64,000 nt of DNA from Antedon mediterranea (lineage: Eukaryota; Animalia; Echinodermata): NCBI RefSeq assembly GCF_964355755.1, contig NC_092672.1:26418437-26482436 (forward strand), read 5' to 3'. Below are positions 1-15,200 of this stretch, piece by piece. Position 1 is the first letter of the stretch; each line of letters begins with the position of its first letter. Below the pieces are notes generated by a model. It had not been told where the DNA came from. It made no database searches and saw nothing but the letters and a program-made list of their open reading frames with translations. The position numbers and the translations under genes were made by a program.

Positions 1-207
1 CGTTAAAAACAAACTCACACCCTTCCCACACCCTATTTAAAAAAAACATGTGAAATCACAGGGTTTTATCCAGGGAACACAGTAAGAAAACACATGAAAA
101 CCAAGATAAACTAAAAACAGATGAGATAACATTAAGCCTTGTAAAAATTTATTCACCGCCAATAATGTTTTTTAAGAAGTGTTATAATACATTATCATTT
201 ATTTTAG

Positions 208-3200
208 GTGTAAGGGAGAATGGATCTACCAACAAAAAAGAACTTCATATCCATCAAAGCTATTCATACAAATAAAAGGTAATATTATGCACAGTAGTAA
301 ATTATCACGCTATATATTAATGTAATCGTTTTGTAATATTAACCAACACTGTGCAATCTAAACCATTAATAAATAGTTTATCTCTGGGACATAAAAAAGC
401 ATGACATTTTGTCTGGAGAATGACAACAAAGTAACATTTATTTACCATTGTTTTTTGGAAATCGAACAATAACCACCAGGACAATATACCCACCCATTAT
501 GGACTGTACCATTGTTAAAGTATATTCATTTTTTTTTTTTTTCTTTTAGTGGATGAACGTCTGGATTTGAATGTAACCAGTGCTTTGATAGACCTGATAC
601 AAATTACCAAAGAAAACTGGACAGAAGACTACTACAAAATGGCTTCTACAACCAAAGAAAAGTAAATGCTTAATGCCTCCAGTCTTCGGATTATCGTGGG
701 CATTTCCCAATATTTTGAGTGTGCCACTAAAAGTGCAATTTCTTCTTATTGTTTTGGATATACAAAAAACATCTAGGCCCCTTTTCAGATTTAAAGAAAG
801 TAAAAAATGCATCACTCTTTACTGTTTTTCATACAATTAACTGGCACTGGCACTGTTTATAATTTTAAACAAAAGTATTTCTTAGGCATTTGTTTCACGA
901 ATTAACAGCCTTCTATCAACTGCCAAGCCAAGCATTTTTTTATGATTTTTTACATGAAAATTTCACTGAAACACTCGTTTAGTAAAAAAAATGTCTACTT
1001 TAATAACAAAATTATTGTAGGCCTACGTGGCTTGGCTTGAACATACAGTACACTTTTGTAAAAGTGGCACAATTTACTAAAAAACACATTACAATACTAT
1101 TAGGGCGTGTGGCGCAGTGTGTTGGACATTGGACTACCGATCGTCAGACCTAGGTTCGAATCCAACTCTTGCCGCATTGCTTGTATCCGTAGGCAAGATA
1201 CTTTACTTACGTTTGCCTCTCTCCACCCAGGTGTATAAATGAGTACCCAGTTAGATCTAGACACAACTGCGCTGGTTACCGGCTGCATTATGGGAGTATG
1301 TTTCCATACGTGTTTGATCCCAAAAAATACTGGGGTAATAATCCTTTGAGCATTATTACTCATGAAAAGGGCGCTATATAAATGTGGTATTATTATTATT
1401 ATTAAATTTATAACAATTATAATTATACAAATGTAATAATAATGAGACAACCAAACAGTACCCTGCTCCAATGTACAGCCTCTACAAATCCCCATTGTCT
1501 TCAATCAACATAACATTAATGACATGTGAATTTAAATTAATACAAATAATATATAGTAATAATTTAAAAATTATATATAGCATGCCCTCTATTGTTTACC
1601 CTCGGTTTTTTTTTTCTGTTTACCCAACATTTCATTTTTTCAACTTAGGACCTCTGTGTACATCAGTTCACCAGCTGCATCTGGCATGCCCAATACTAAT
1701 AGATGCAGATGCCCTAGATTTTTCAAAAAGCATACTCTACGTTTGGATTTTTTAAATAAAAATATAACTCCCTCGGTGGCCACACTTATATAAAGTTTTT
1801 CGATATCGTTTGACCTTTGAAATAAAGACAATACAATACAAATTTTGATAAACTAAAATGTTATCTTTTCTTTTTAGCAAACGTCATCGAAAACCATTTG
1901 TACCGTTTGCTCTACGCAACAAGACTGGTTGTTTGCTTTGTTTTGCTACAATGACAACAACACCAACAATGTAAGTTCATAGTCATAAATCAAGTAAGAT
2001 CATTCTATATTCATTACTCTCCTCTATAGTGTAGAGTAAATACCCGGTGTTCTGGTCTATCACAGCCCTAGCTGTTGTTGAAAGACGAGTGAACTCTGTT
2101 TGGTAGCAGCTGGGACAACATGAATTGACCCTTAGTGAAAATGAAAATGGTCTGTGCACAATTCAGCCCTGTAGGCTGTGAGTCATCCAATTTATTTGAA
2201 ACTGTACATTGCTTGTGTCATGCAATACATTCTGAAGCTAAAATTTATCTTGTTTTAGTGTTGCCACGACAACAGGTGAGGTTTCTAACAGTGAGAATGT
2301 TAGTTCGTGGATACAGGTCAAACAGGAGGAAGAGGTCACATTTCAGTTTCAGGAGAAAGATAAAATGCGGCATAGGGTAAGATATTCCTTGAAAATTAGT
2401 ATTTTCTTCTTTTTTTTTAATTCTTTACATTCAGAGGATTTTTTTTCTCTTATTTTTTTTTACAATCATTTTTTACTAACATGTAAAATGTATGTTAACA
2501 TACAGAGTACAAGAGAGCCACATATGCACCAAGTTCTGGTAAAGGTTGACGGATGGCATAAGGTATCACCAGTGTCTGTGGATAAAGTTGGAGTGTACTT
2601 TAGACAAGCGAATCCACAAAGAAACCAAGCTTCAAATGTTGTAAGTTAACCTTTAATTAAGTAGCATGACACCACAAAGTTATGTGAGACACTATCCATG
2701 TGAAATAGATTTTGAAGTTGACACTAGCTTTAGTTAACTAATATTACAATTATAAACTACACCTTAATTTTAATAACTGAATTTACTAACATTACAGACA
2801 GATCTCTTATTCCATTTATGTTAGATGTTTATTGTTCAGCACTATACTACGTTTTTGGGAAATGCTGTTTTTATTAAAGAATAAACAGCCATTGTCACTT
2901 TGTGTCACACATTATATGTTAACTGGAAATGGTTGCATATCTGTATTCAAAGCCAAATTTGTTTTGTTACAGTTCTCCAGCAGTCACCCAGCCAGGTTAG
3001 TATTTGAAGTGACCTTAGAAGGAAATGCTAGAAAAGTGATAACAGTGAGGTCAGGTTTAATGGTAGTCAGTAGGCTTAGCATCCCAATGGAGCTCAGGGT
3101 CACAAACCCAGAATCAACTTCAGTGGGTGAGTATGTCATGTCATGTGTCCCATCCATAACAGAACCATGTCCAACGTTGCTTAACTTTGGTCAGATCACC

Positions 3201-6200
3201 TAATCCAAATTTCCTCAGTTTCCAGTTACGCTTGAAGACGATAATAAATACAGTTACCTTTTTTGTCCAAATGTATACACAATTTAATACGTTTTCTTTT
3301 TTAAATCATCAATTTTTGGGTATCAAAATTAAATTATTCTTTTTCACTCTTTTAGATTATGAAAACTTGGGAATTCTCGAGCCTAATTGTGAGGTACCCA
3401 TACCGCTCCATAGAATATCATGGCATCTTCGTGCAAGACCCAAGAATGGCGGAGTGGAGTTCTGTAAACGTGCCTTCCTTTGGCAACGAGTTACAGACTC
3501 TGAAACCTTGGTGATGGAATGCAAAACACATGATGAAGAAGAAGAGGAACTTTTTAGGTGAGGTTGTTTATTTAAGGAGGTTTTTATTTTACCAATAGTA
3601 AATTAATCACTGTCCTATAAGGTAGGTGTTTCCACCACTAGAACTTGGAGTGAGTTGCCTTTGAACCCATGCCATGAAAAAACAGCTTTCGTTTTTGTCA
3701 AGTCACCAGCTACTTTGACCAATTATAATGGTTCCAATTTAGAAGTTTGTTGTTGTTGAAACAAAAACAACACCTTGGCATATTAATCCCCTTTTGATGA
3801 TTTATCCCTGGTGCTATACACATGATTGTGTTTTTTGTTTGTTCATATCTGTAATGTCTGTATGTATGGTGTATCAAAATAAATCAAATCAATTACTGCT
3901 GAAAATTTGTAGGTTTTGTTGTTGGGTGAAGCGAGAAGCATATCCAGTAGATCCATTAAGCAAGAGACAGCCGTCATCGATAGAACTTGCACGACGTGTT
4001 GAGACCCCTCCACAGCCAGGTCATACGTTAACACTGCTACCAACTCTGGTAATGACCAACCTGTTGCCATACGAGATTAAATACTTTGTGAAAGGAACAA
4101 CAATGAAAGGAGAAATTGCTCCTGGCAAAGATCAGCCATTATATGGGGTGAGAGTGCAATTGTTATTTTTATCACTGTTGGTATTATTATTATCCAAAAC
4201 AACATCAGCACCACCGTCCAGCTCACCACCATCATCATCATTAATACCAGCATGACCACCACCGTCATCATTACCATTAGCATGACCACCACCTTCATCA
4301 TAAAATATGAACACCACAATCATCACCATCATCATCATTACCATCATTACCAGCATGACCACCACCTTCATCATTACCATTAGCATGACCACCACCTTCA
4401 TCATAAAATATGAACACCACAATCATCACCATCATCATCACTGTCATCATCATTTCGATTATTACTACTAGCATCATTATCACCACCATCATCATCACCA
4501 TACCCCATTAGATTACCACCATCATTACCAGCATGACCACCATCATCATCACTACCATCATCACTGCCATCATCACTACCATCATCATCACCACCAGCAT
4601 CACCATCCATCATCACCACTATCATTACCATCATGACCACCATCATCATCACTACCATAATAACCATCATCATCACTACCATCATCATTATCAGCAAGAC
4701 CACCATCATCACAATCCATCAGCACTTCCATTATTTTTTAATTGTATTTATTTATTATCATCACCACCATCATTACCATCATCACCACCACCACTGTACA
4801 GTAGTAATTGTCATCACAATATATGTAGCCATTGTTATTTTTCAAAACTCAAATTAATTGTGTGAACTCTTTTTCCTTCCAAGGTTGACATCAACCGTGA
4901 AGTAAGCTTCAACTTCACCATAGAAAACTTTCCAAAAGGAGCAGCAATAAATCTTCCTGCAGGAATAGTAGATGATATGCGTGGAGATATCCAAATCTTT
5001 GACACCAAAAACAGACTTCTAGCATTGCATGCCAAGGTAGAAGTCAGGGCTTCCAGAGCATTAAAGGTATAAACCAATGATCTAATTCATTAATACAATT
5101 CTGATGAATGACTGAGTAGTGAGTGGTTAAGACAGTACAACCATAATATGTAGCCATAACATCTGCAATGGTTTGAGGCTCACTCTCTCTATGATTCTGG
5201 TGGTATAGTCTTCTCGGATAATAATAAACTGTAGGTCCCAGTGTACAAAAACTACTTGTGTTAAAGAACATTGTACATTTTGAGATAAGTAGATGGTTTG
5301 TATACACAGCTACTTCCACACACAGCCATGCATCATAGTCCTGTACGCTCCTCTCTGAGAACTGAAGAGGTCACCCACCCAAGAATGTATAATAACAAAT
5401 GATGATTATCATAAATACTTAAATACAGCTATTGTTCACATTTAGATATCAAAATATTGTCCAATATAGATTAATTAATGAATAACATTACAGATTACAG
5501 TCCTTTTTTTTCAATTACTTTTGATACAGTGTCTAATCTCTGCACCTTATTGGCTTATCAACAAGTCAGGACTACCGCTAATCTTTAAGCAACATGAAGG
5601 TGATGATGAGTCTGCTGGACAGTTTGAAGAACATGAAGCAGCAAGGAGCATGTCACCACTTCTGTACTCCTTCTCAGATTTTGAGAAGCCATACAAGTAA
5701 GTATGATGGTAGTGAATTGATTTTAAACAATGTTTAACAGGACCATGCCTTTAATTCTGTACTCTGTATACTGTAACTATCCTTCATTGTTCTTCTTTTT
5801 CTGATAATTATAATGTATACTGATATACTTATAGATATATATATATAGATTTCTTCTATCTAGCGCTTAGATTTATATGTTACACTTTTCAAGTACTTGC
5901 CTCCTCTAAGGTCAGGTTATGTCTGTGCAGCCGATTAAGGACCTCTCCTCTGTCTACTCACAGTACCTGTCTAGAAAGATGTACTTGGTTCTTGGAGCAC
6001 ATTTGTTTGTGTACACAGAACCTACATTTGATTGAATTGAAATATTTTATTTATACTGGGCGACCTCTTCAGTCAAAGACTGGTCTCCCAGAGGGCCCAG
6101 TTATAATCAGTGGCTGTGATGTACTAATACACCGGGGTAACCCCCTACTCGTCTCGAAAGATGTACTAGGTTCTTTAAAGTACACATGAGCTAAATGTGT

Positions 6201-9200
6201 ACACTGGACCTACAGTTTATAATCCTTATCCGAAAAGACTCGTTCTACCACCAGAACAATGGAGTGAGTGTGCCAATAACACTTTACAATATTATGGTTA
6301 TTTAATACCACTTACTGTACTAGTGGTAAAGTATCCCCAAACTTACTGTGAAAGGTAGGTAATTGATCATTAATTCTTTTTCAAATTTATTTTCTAGATG
6401 TCAAATGCGGCTTGGTAAAGGATTTGCCGGACATGAAGGTCGACCTTATTGGTGTAGTGACTTCTCCTTGGATAGAGGTACTGGAGTTCGCTCACTAAGA
6501 CTCTTGCAAAACAATGGAAGACCACAAAAGTAAGTTGTACTGACAACAATATTTATCTATCATCTATTGTATGCCTTAAGCTCTGTCTACACTATCAAAC
6601 TGTATGTGACAAATAAAATGTGATGCGCCCATTATGGAGATGATGTCATATCAGTACCATATTTGGGCATATCACACTTTTTTGTCAAACTAGTTTGATA
6701 ATGTAGACAGAGCTTTACACACACATCACTTAGTAGGGATAACCCTCTAATTCCACAAAATTTACTTTAATTTTTTAACAGGGTGTTTCATCTTGGTATT
6801 GATGTTGTTTCTGGCAAAGGTCGATATATGTCTACCCACATTGTAACATTTGTACCTCGCTTCCAATTGGTCAACTTTGCAGGATGTAAATTAGCATTTG
6901 CTCAAAGGCATCTTGTCAAAGGCATGGTGAGTATCGTTTATAATACAATTTCAGTACTGAAGTATATTTTAAGTTATTTTTATGTTACTATTTATTTTTT
7001 ACGATTATTAATACTGTTGTCAATTTTTGCAGTGGACCAAAGTCCCAGAAGTTCATCTCGTTGTCATGCCAGAGTCAAGTGTTGTCTTCCATTGGCCACG
7101 AGATGACCTAGACAAATTGCTTTGTGTTCGAATGTCAGACGTCAAGGATTGTAGATGGTCAGGCGGATTCAGGATAGATCGGCCAGTCTCATTTAACATT
7201 AACATGAGGTGAATGCATAGACATACTACTAAACTAATTGAGAGTCAACTAGGTAAAGTGATGCAAAACAGGGGATGGCCTTTTCAAGATGGTTGTCGTA
7301 TATCTGCTAAAAGTATTACAGTTATTATAAATTGTATTATATTCTTGTGTGGCTATGCTCAACTCACTGCAAGTTTAGTACTGCTTGATTGAATAGTAGG
7401 CATGGTTTCAAACTAGCATCTTAAATCCAATAATGCCTCTCCAATTTTAAATAATTGTGTTAAAGTTAACCCTAGAAGTTTGATATTATGGTTGACTATT
7501 TTTATACTACTTTATATGGAGTAAAGCGGACACAACAAGCTGAAATAAATTGTCTCAATTATTGTTGGAAGATTATTCTATTAATCAAGTTTGAAATCAA
7601 AAATCAAAATAACATTTATATCCTTCATTTATAAACAAACATGAGTATAATTTCTTACAATATACATGAAGGAGGCACTGATTTCAAAAAGCAAAGCTTG
7701 TGCTAAAAGTGACAATATAAAGTGTAATACTCAAGAATACAATTTAAAAACAATAACATTTATATCTTTAATATTCATATGTGTTTCTCTTATCTTTCAC
7801 AGAGGCTCTGGTAACAACTCTACACTTCTCCACGTGGAAGTTAGTCTCAGGGGAGCCACCTACTTTGTTGTGTTCACTAATGTTGATAAAATGCCCCCAC
7901 CGTATAAAATAGACAATAAATCAGATGTAAGTATGATCAACTTGTAATTGTATTAAACTACTGTGGAGTAGCTTTTGCGAGTAGGGCAAAACAAAGCTAC
8001 TCCACAGTAGTTTAATACAATTACAACCCTGTTGGTGCAGTACCCGCTGCTTACTTGGGCTCGAATCTAACCACTAGCCATCACTGCAAGCTTGGTGGTC
8101 TAGAGGTATGAACGCCAGGTTAGTGATCTGGCGGTCGTGGGTTCGAGTCCCACCCGAAAATTACTTGCGAATTTGTTTCCGCTGGTATTCTCAAATGTAC
8201 TTAGTATAAAGTACAAATAACGCCAGAGTAGGGCAAAACATCTGACCAATTATGATCAACTTCAAATCATTCAACAGAGTTGTAACTTTGTGGTTAAGAT
8301 GCATCCTGGTTGTCAGGATTGTTTTCCCATGACAATAAAGACTTTCGAAGAATGTAATATGATTGTTTGCTGTTCAGTTTGTCTTATACACATTTATGAT
8401 TAAAATTTTGAGAAAAAAAATATAAAATTCTATCTTTTAGGTTGATGTGATATTTTGTCAAGTTGATGTCGCTGATGACTCATTAAATACAACACTGACC
8501 TCGCAAGCTTGCGTTGCTTATGCATGGGATGAACCAGAGCTTCCAAAGGTATTGCAATGTACAGTTAAAGGAGGATCTAGCGCATATTACAAACTTGATC
8601 AAATTGGTGAGGGGGAACGCCTCTACTATGAAAATTTTATCTACATTACGATGGCAGCTACTTTTAATGGGTATGTCAATTTATTTTTTTGTGATAATCA
8701 TCATCATCCTTAATTCTCGTAGATTTACTATAACTACTAGATAAAGAGATATTTATTTTCATCCTCAAGCTTAACTGGGAATGGGGATTAGGCCCTCTAT
8801 GAACCCAATGCAGCCAGCTGGACAGCTGCTAACAGATCAGCACACCGATCCTGTACTCTTTTCGAATAGTGTACCAAGTTCTCAAGTTCTAACATGCACT
8901 ATATGTACATGGGACCAATGGCTTTACGTCCCATCTGAAGGATGAGGCAATATGCCTAAGGATGCAATCAGTATAGTACAATAGGTTTGAACCCATGTCT
9001 ATCACATGTTAGTTTGATATTATCAATACACTGTCACCTCCATTATATACAGCATCCAAAGTGATATTCTCACAAAGAAAGGCTGATGTGATACACAGTG
9101 GTGATGAAGATGACACATTTAAACATATTGATCCCCAGTAAAAGTTTGTAATAGATTAGAACATCTTTGACAAAAGTGGTTTGTTTTACTCAAATGCAAA

Positions 9201-12200
9201 TACTCAACCATTAGACTACAGGACCAGCATTTATCAATCATTTTAAGCCAAAGATAGTTAAAAACTATAGTGCTTTTAAAGTGAAAACTTTGTTTTCCAA
9301 AAATGAGTTATCAAATTGTGCTAAGGTTTGGAAACTGACTTAAACAAAACTGTTGACTTAAAAGTTAAGATGATTGTTTTTCTAATTTAGTTTGATAAAT
9401 AGACACTTTAATCTTCTTGTATGTTTTAAACTTAAAATTTAAAGTTGAATGTCAATTCTCTTCACACAGTGGAACTTTCCATGTTTTTTCCAGCTTTATT
9501 GTTGAGTTGAGTTTTTTTTTTAAATTTTCAAATGTTTCACTATTTATAGATTTGTTTGTGAATGATTGAATGAAACAGTATACATTTTTTTCTAGATCAA
9601 ATTGCAATTTACAATCACTTATCAATGGCAGCCAATCAGGACTACATCGTAATCAACAACTTGTACTTGATGCAGTAGATGGCTACAATGTTGTATTAAT
9701 GAAAAAGGTAGGAGAAATAATTTGTGACATAAGTAGGCCATATTGACCAAGTCAAAATTCCTATACTTTTGCCTGATCTGAGCTCTCTACATTAGGTCCC
9801 TTGTTTATATTGACTCTTTAGGTATGGTAAATGGCCCCCTTGCCTTATCGCTCGACCATTTGAATCTGTTCATGAGGATAGGTGGCTTTAAACCAATTGA
9901 CAGGTAGCCCTTTCACATCGCCAAGCAAAAGTTTGGAGTTTATACACTGGAGCTATAACACTGATGTTTGGTCTACTATAGTTGATATAAATATTTGTTT
10001 TATAGGAGCCGGCCAAGCGTAGCCAGCTGTGGAGAATGACAAGTACCGGTATGCTTCAAAACGAAGGATCATGTTCACCACGTAACCCCAACGCAAAACG
10101 CAAAGGCCCTCTGGAAGGCCTTGTTCTTGATATTGCAGAGATGGCAGCAGACTCTACAAAGCCTGTAAATCTGATCTTACAAAAACCAGAAGATGAAAGG
10201 AAGGCAACACAAACATGGTATTTTACAGAGGTACGGTTCTGTCGAAAAGGCATCCTTTTCACACATATATACATGTTCTTTTTCGGTATAGTTGAATACA
10301 GTATCATATAATCTGTAAAGGCATCCTGTCCATACACAAACACAAATACATATCTATGATTTTCAATCATCAGTGGATACTGCCTAAATTGTATACAGCA
10401 TCGCATCCACACATGAACATTTGACTTTCTGTATTGCAGCCTGGGTTTATATCGTCATTATATAAATGTCAACTATTACACAATACTTTTTACAGTTCTC
10501 TTTACTAATGTACTGTAGAATTATTCAATTAAAACCTGTTTTTTGTTTCTAATTTGCAAAAACTGTTTGTATTGTTATTATTATTTAACAAGCCTGTGTA
10601 GGTTTCGTGAGGATTTCCTTTTTGTCTCTTATTTTAGCAGAATTAATTTTGGGACAAATAAAGAAATGTATGTAAGAATGGTCATTAATCTTTTTAAAAA
10701 ACCAACATTAGAGATAGTTATTGTTATATATTTTGAATATTTCAGGATGGTCGCTTGCAATGTAGTTTTGGTGGACTGACAGTTCAATCAAGGCATGGTA
10801 TTATGGGATTAGAACAAGGTAAGATTTTTTTTTTCTGAATGATTAAAGTTTTAAAGTAGAACCATTTACTACTGTACCTGAGGCAGACAGCGAAACACAG
10901 AGGTCTGTGAATTACAGAGAGAATTACATTTAGGGCATGATAGCTCTGTCTATTATTATTCTTTATTGACAACTAGGGATAACAGTGTCCAACATGGCAC
11001 ACAAATAGTAGGTGATCATACAAGCATGAAAATAGCAATAACAGACTTAGATAATATTTTCACTATCTACACTATCAAACTAGTTTGACAAAAAAGTGTG
11101 ATGTTCCCAAACATGCTGGTGATATGTCCAAATATGGTATTGATACTGTATGTCCACATTTTCGTTCACATAAAGTTTGATAGTGTACAGTAGGTTTTGG
11201 GCTAATTCTCATTGAAAATCCGGGGTTTGAGGCCAACACTGCAGGTGTAGGGTCAAGACTGTGCTGATTACTAGCTGCAACATTATGGGAGTACATTTCC
11301 ATAAGTGTGACTGGTGTAATAATGTGAAGCATTAAGTGCTATATGAGAATGACACATTATTATTATTATTATTTAATCCCCATCGCTTTTCGATTTATTT
11401 ACTTCACACAAATTCCTGTTGTCCATTTTGTAAATTATGGGTAGACATATACTTTAGTATTTATGTATTGGTGGAAACTTGTAATCTTATTTGTTGTACA
11501 TGAAATCTGCAAGTGGTAAATGTATGATGTTGAAAATGTCCCATAATACAAATGGAAATGCAACAATTGCAATCCACTGAACACAACCTCAATCATTTTA
11601 GTGCAGTTTGTCATGAACTCCATTGCGGATGCATCTGCTTGATTATGATGAACAGGATATAAAAACAAATATAAAATAGAGCATGGCTAGTTTTCTAGGC
11701 TGTATTTATTTATTAACTTCCAAATGACCAAAAAATATAAGTTTATATATTTAATATGTAGTATTATTGATACAGTATACTGTAGGCTATATTAATGAAT
11801 AGAAGTTGGCTAAATAACCATATACCCATACTTATATACAGTATATATATTATATAATATATGAATATGCACTGAGAGCTCTGCAATTTTTTCTGACTTT
11901 TTTACTTTAATGTTTTTATTTAAGTTTTTGCTTATTTTATTTATATCTCCATATACATCATTATTTCAGTGTTTATTTGTACCTTCATTGAGATCCAGCC
12001 ACTGATACCCACAGCAATGTTATATTTGCAGTAATTTGCCTTTTAATTTATAATATTTGGATAAGTAACATAAACTAACATAATTAAAATGGTGGTTTCA
12101 TGATTTTAAAACTTACAAATCCAATATAACTGAATAGGACTTAAAAATAAAATTTCCCTGAAGTTTTCAAATAATAGCTGCTTTGCTTTAGAATATAGCT

Positions 12201-15200
12201 TTGTAGAAATAAAGTATTAAAATGCTTTTACAAGTACTCTCACATGACATTATACTTCTATTAGAAATTTATATCCTTTCAATATCATAACAAATGCTTT
12301 GTAGTTTTCTGTTTGCTGTTTGTATAGAGTAATTGTGCTGGTTGGAGGTGGGCAGTGACACCCATTATTCTACCATATCCTTTTTAATATTATTATACAG
12401 GGAATAATTTCGCCAGTGTAGCATAGCAAAAAGCTATACAAAACAACCTTATTGCTACACATTTCTAAAATTGTGTAGCAAAAAAGACAATACAAAACTA
12501 TGTTTCTCGACTAAAAAATCAGTTTGATTAGCAATAACTGCTAAACAAAATTTTAAAATGAAATTTTTCCCTGTTATAACAAATGCTTTATCTTGTTTGA
12601 AGGTTTACATGGGGAAATCAAATGTTGATATATACACCATGTATGTTACCACATACGTGGTGTACCACAAAATATGTGGTGTACTGCAAAATCTATATCA
12701 ACAAATGCTTTATCGTTTTCTATTTTGCTAATTCAGTCATGCTATTTTGTAATGTTTCCGTATGCTATACATGATGAATTATGTACAGTAACTTTGCTAG
12801 TTGGATGTAGGCAGTAAACCCCCTTTAAATTCCTCCCACCCAGCCTAAAATTTAATTTAAGGCCTTAATCCACCCAGCTTAACTTCAACACAGCACCGAT
12901 TCAAGAATCCTGGAGTGAAAATACTGTTTATTTTTCAACCCACTCTTGTTGAGTTCAGTAAACTTTTCTAGATATTACCCTTTTTCCACCCACACTTTTC
13001 CCTAAACTTTTTAGACAATAACCTTTTTTCCACCCACTTATTTTTGACAAAGACCCCCTATATTTTTGTAGCTAATACCATGTTTAAAATGCTGTCTTAA
13101 AATTAAAATTCAAGAAATCGTTCAAAATAAATGATAGTATGTAACTTTAGTAATGAAATAGCAAATATCAAGAACATTTAATTGATAGAAAACCTATAGA
13201 TCTAAAATCCTTATACATAAAAATCGTTAATTTATGTAATTAATTAACAATAAAAATGTTTATGTAAATTTTGGCTCTGATGCTTCACCTGCACTCAATT
13301 TCAATATAGCTTTGTTTGACTTGTAAGGGGATTCATCGTACCAAGTACCAAGATTCAGAATTTCTATGAAAATTAATAACAATGTTGACAATATAAAAGA
13401 AAATGCATTTAATAATAAAGCCAAATTGAGTTTGGTTTCTGGTTTCCTGGTTGAATATACTAGGAGGATAAGATGACTGAAAGGAACTGGCCACTCTACC
13501 ACAAAATTCTGAGGCTTGGTAAAAATGAGCTTCTAACAGCTCATTCCCCTATATTCAGAATGAACATGGGACGCACCTTTATCTTACAGTACATAAACAT
13601 CAGATAAGTATTTTCAGAAAGATAAAGTCAGACCTCTTAAAAAACGAAAAAAGGTTTTGCCAACTCCCTTCCAAACACTTATCAAAACAACGGAATTGCT
13701 CACCACATTTAAAAACTCCTTATATTGTTTGACCATACTTTCATAAAGTTTCCCGCTATACTACTGTTTCTGCTTTCTCCATAAGATGTCTATGTGTAGT
13801 TTTGTTGTGATTTTTGTTGTGATGTCGAGTACCAAACAAACTTTTCCTGTGAATGTGAATTTGAGTGTCCAATTGTTTTAATTTACTAAATGGCAATGAT
13901 TCTCTACAAATTGAATACTTCTGTAATAATATTTCCGCTGCTAATTTTTGTAAAGTCTTGTCTCTTTTCGTGCATCTATTTTTAGCTTTGCGTAACTTGT
14001 GAGCATTTCCCGAGTTCTCTGCCTCCTCCCTTGAAGAGTTCTCTAAGTGGCTAAAACACATATTTCCATTATTATACATGCCGTTATTATCTTCATCTTC
14101 TTGTGAATTTAAATCTGCTACATTCTTCAAATTCACAAATAAAGGTTCTTCAGTAAATATATGTGATCTAAATTCCGGAATGTTATCTTCTTCAACTATA
14201 TGATTTATCTCTGGTCTTGGCTCTGACTGGTTATCTTCCTGATCATCAGGTATAAAATTGTTTCCTTGGGATTGTTCATCTTCCCGACTGTGCCGCTTAG
14301 CACGGAATATGCATAAACAAATAAGTGATGTAAAGACAACCGAGATGAAAGCAGTTATGACAGCAAAAACAATGCAACAATGCTTAAAGCAATCTTGGAA
14401 CATATCCTATTCAAAAGAGAATAAATTTACAGTAATAAATGAACTTCAAAATAAAAATTATTCCAAAAATGGACTCTGTTCCTGAAAAATGCATTCGAGT
14501 TGATGGTTTTGGACCAAACACATAATTCCTAACCCATGTGACCGATTAGATAGCAAGCAGGGATTCCCCCTTTTTTTTATTTGATAAATTTTAATGATGA
14601 TGCATGCAACGTATTGGCAGCTATGTTCAACACCCAGTGGGGAAATTAATTGTTTGTTTTGGTTGACTGGTCTTTCTTGTAGGGAATGACTGCAGTAGCT
14701 TGCTGGACATACAGGTCATAGGTCATTGACTGTACTGTACTGGATTCTCATAGGTTATACTGTATCACTGCTTTTATCTTGGCTGTCAGGGGAAAATTTG
14801 AATTTTCATTCAGTTTTGACTTTTGGAAATTCAAATAGGCTACTGTACAATGTGATTTCCAATATTACTTAATATTATACCAGACGACTATTAATATCAG
14901 CATTGGTATTAACATGTTAATTGAAAAACGATATACATAAAACACCAATTCAAAGAATTCAAAGAAATTGTGGTTTTAATGTTTTTGATGCTTTAATTAT
15001 CTAAATTATTAGGAACACAATTTAATGCCCAGTTTGCCAGTAAACCATCTGTATACTGTGTAGTATATAAATCATATTGTCAAATTATAGAAACAGTAGT
15101 TTATCAGTATTTAGGAAACAAGAATTCCTGTAAATACCAGTTTCTTCTATGTTATTTTAGGAAAACAATAAATAAATGCCCAGTCGTCCAGTAAACCAGC

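Noticed and set aside
4077-4865. Met/Val-, His- and Asp-rich ORFs
   Set aside because: Artefacts of the intronic (CAT)n microsatellite; open in several frames on both strands.
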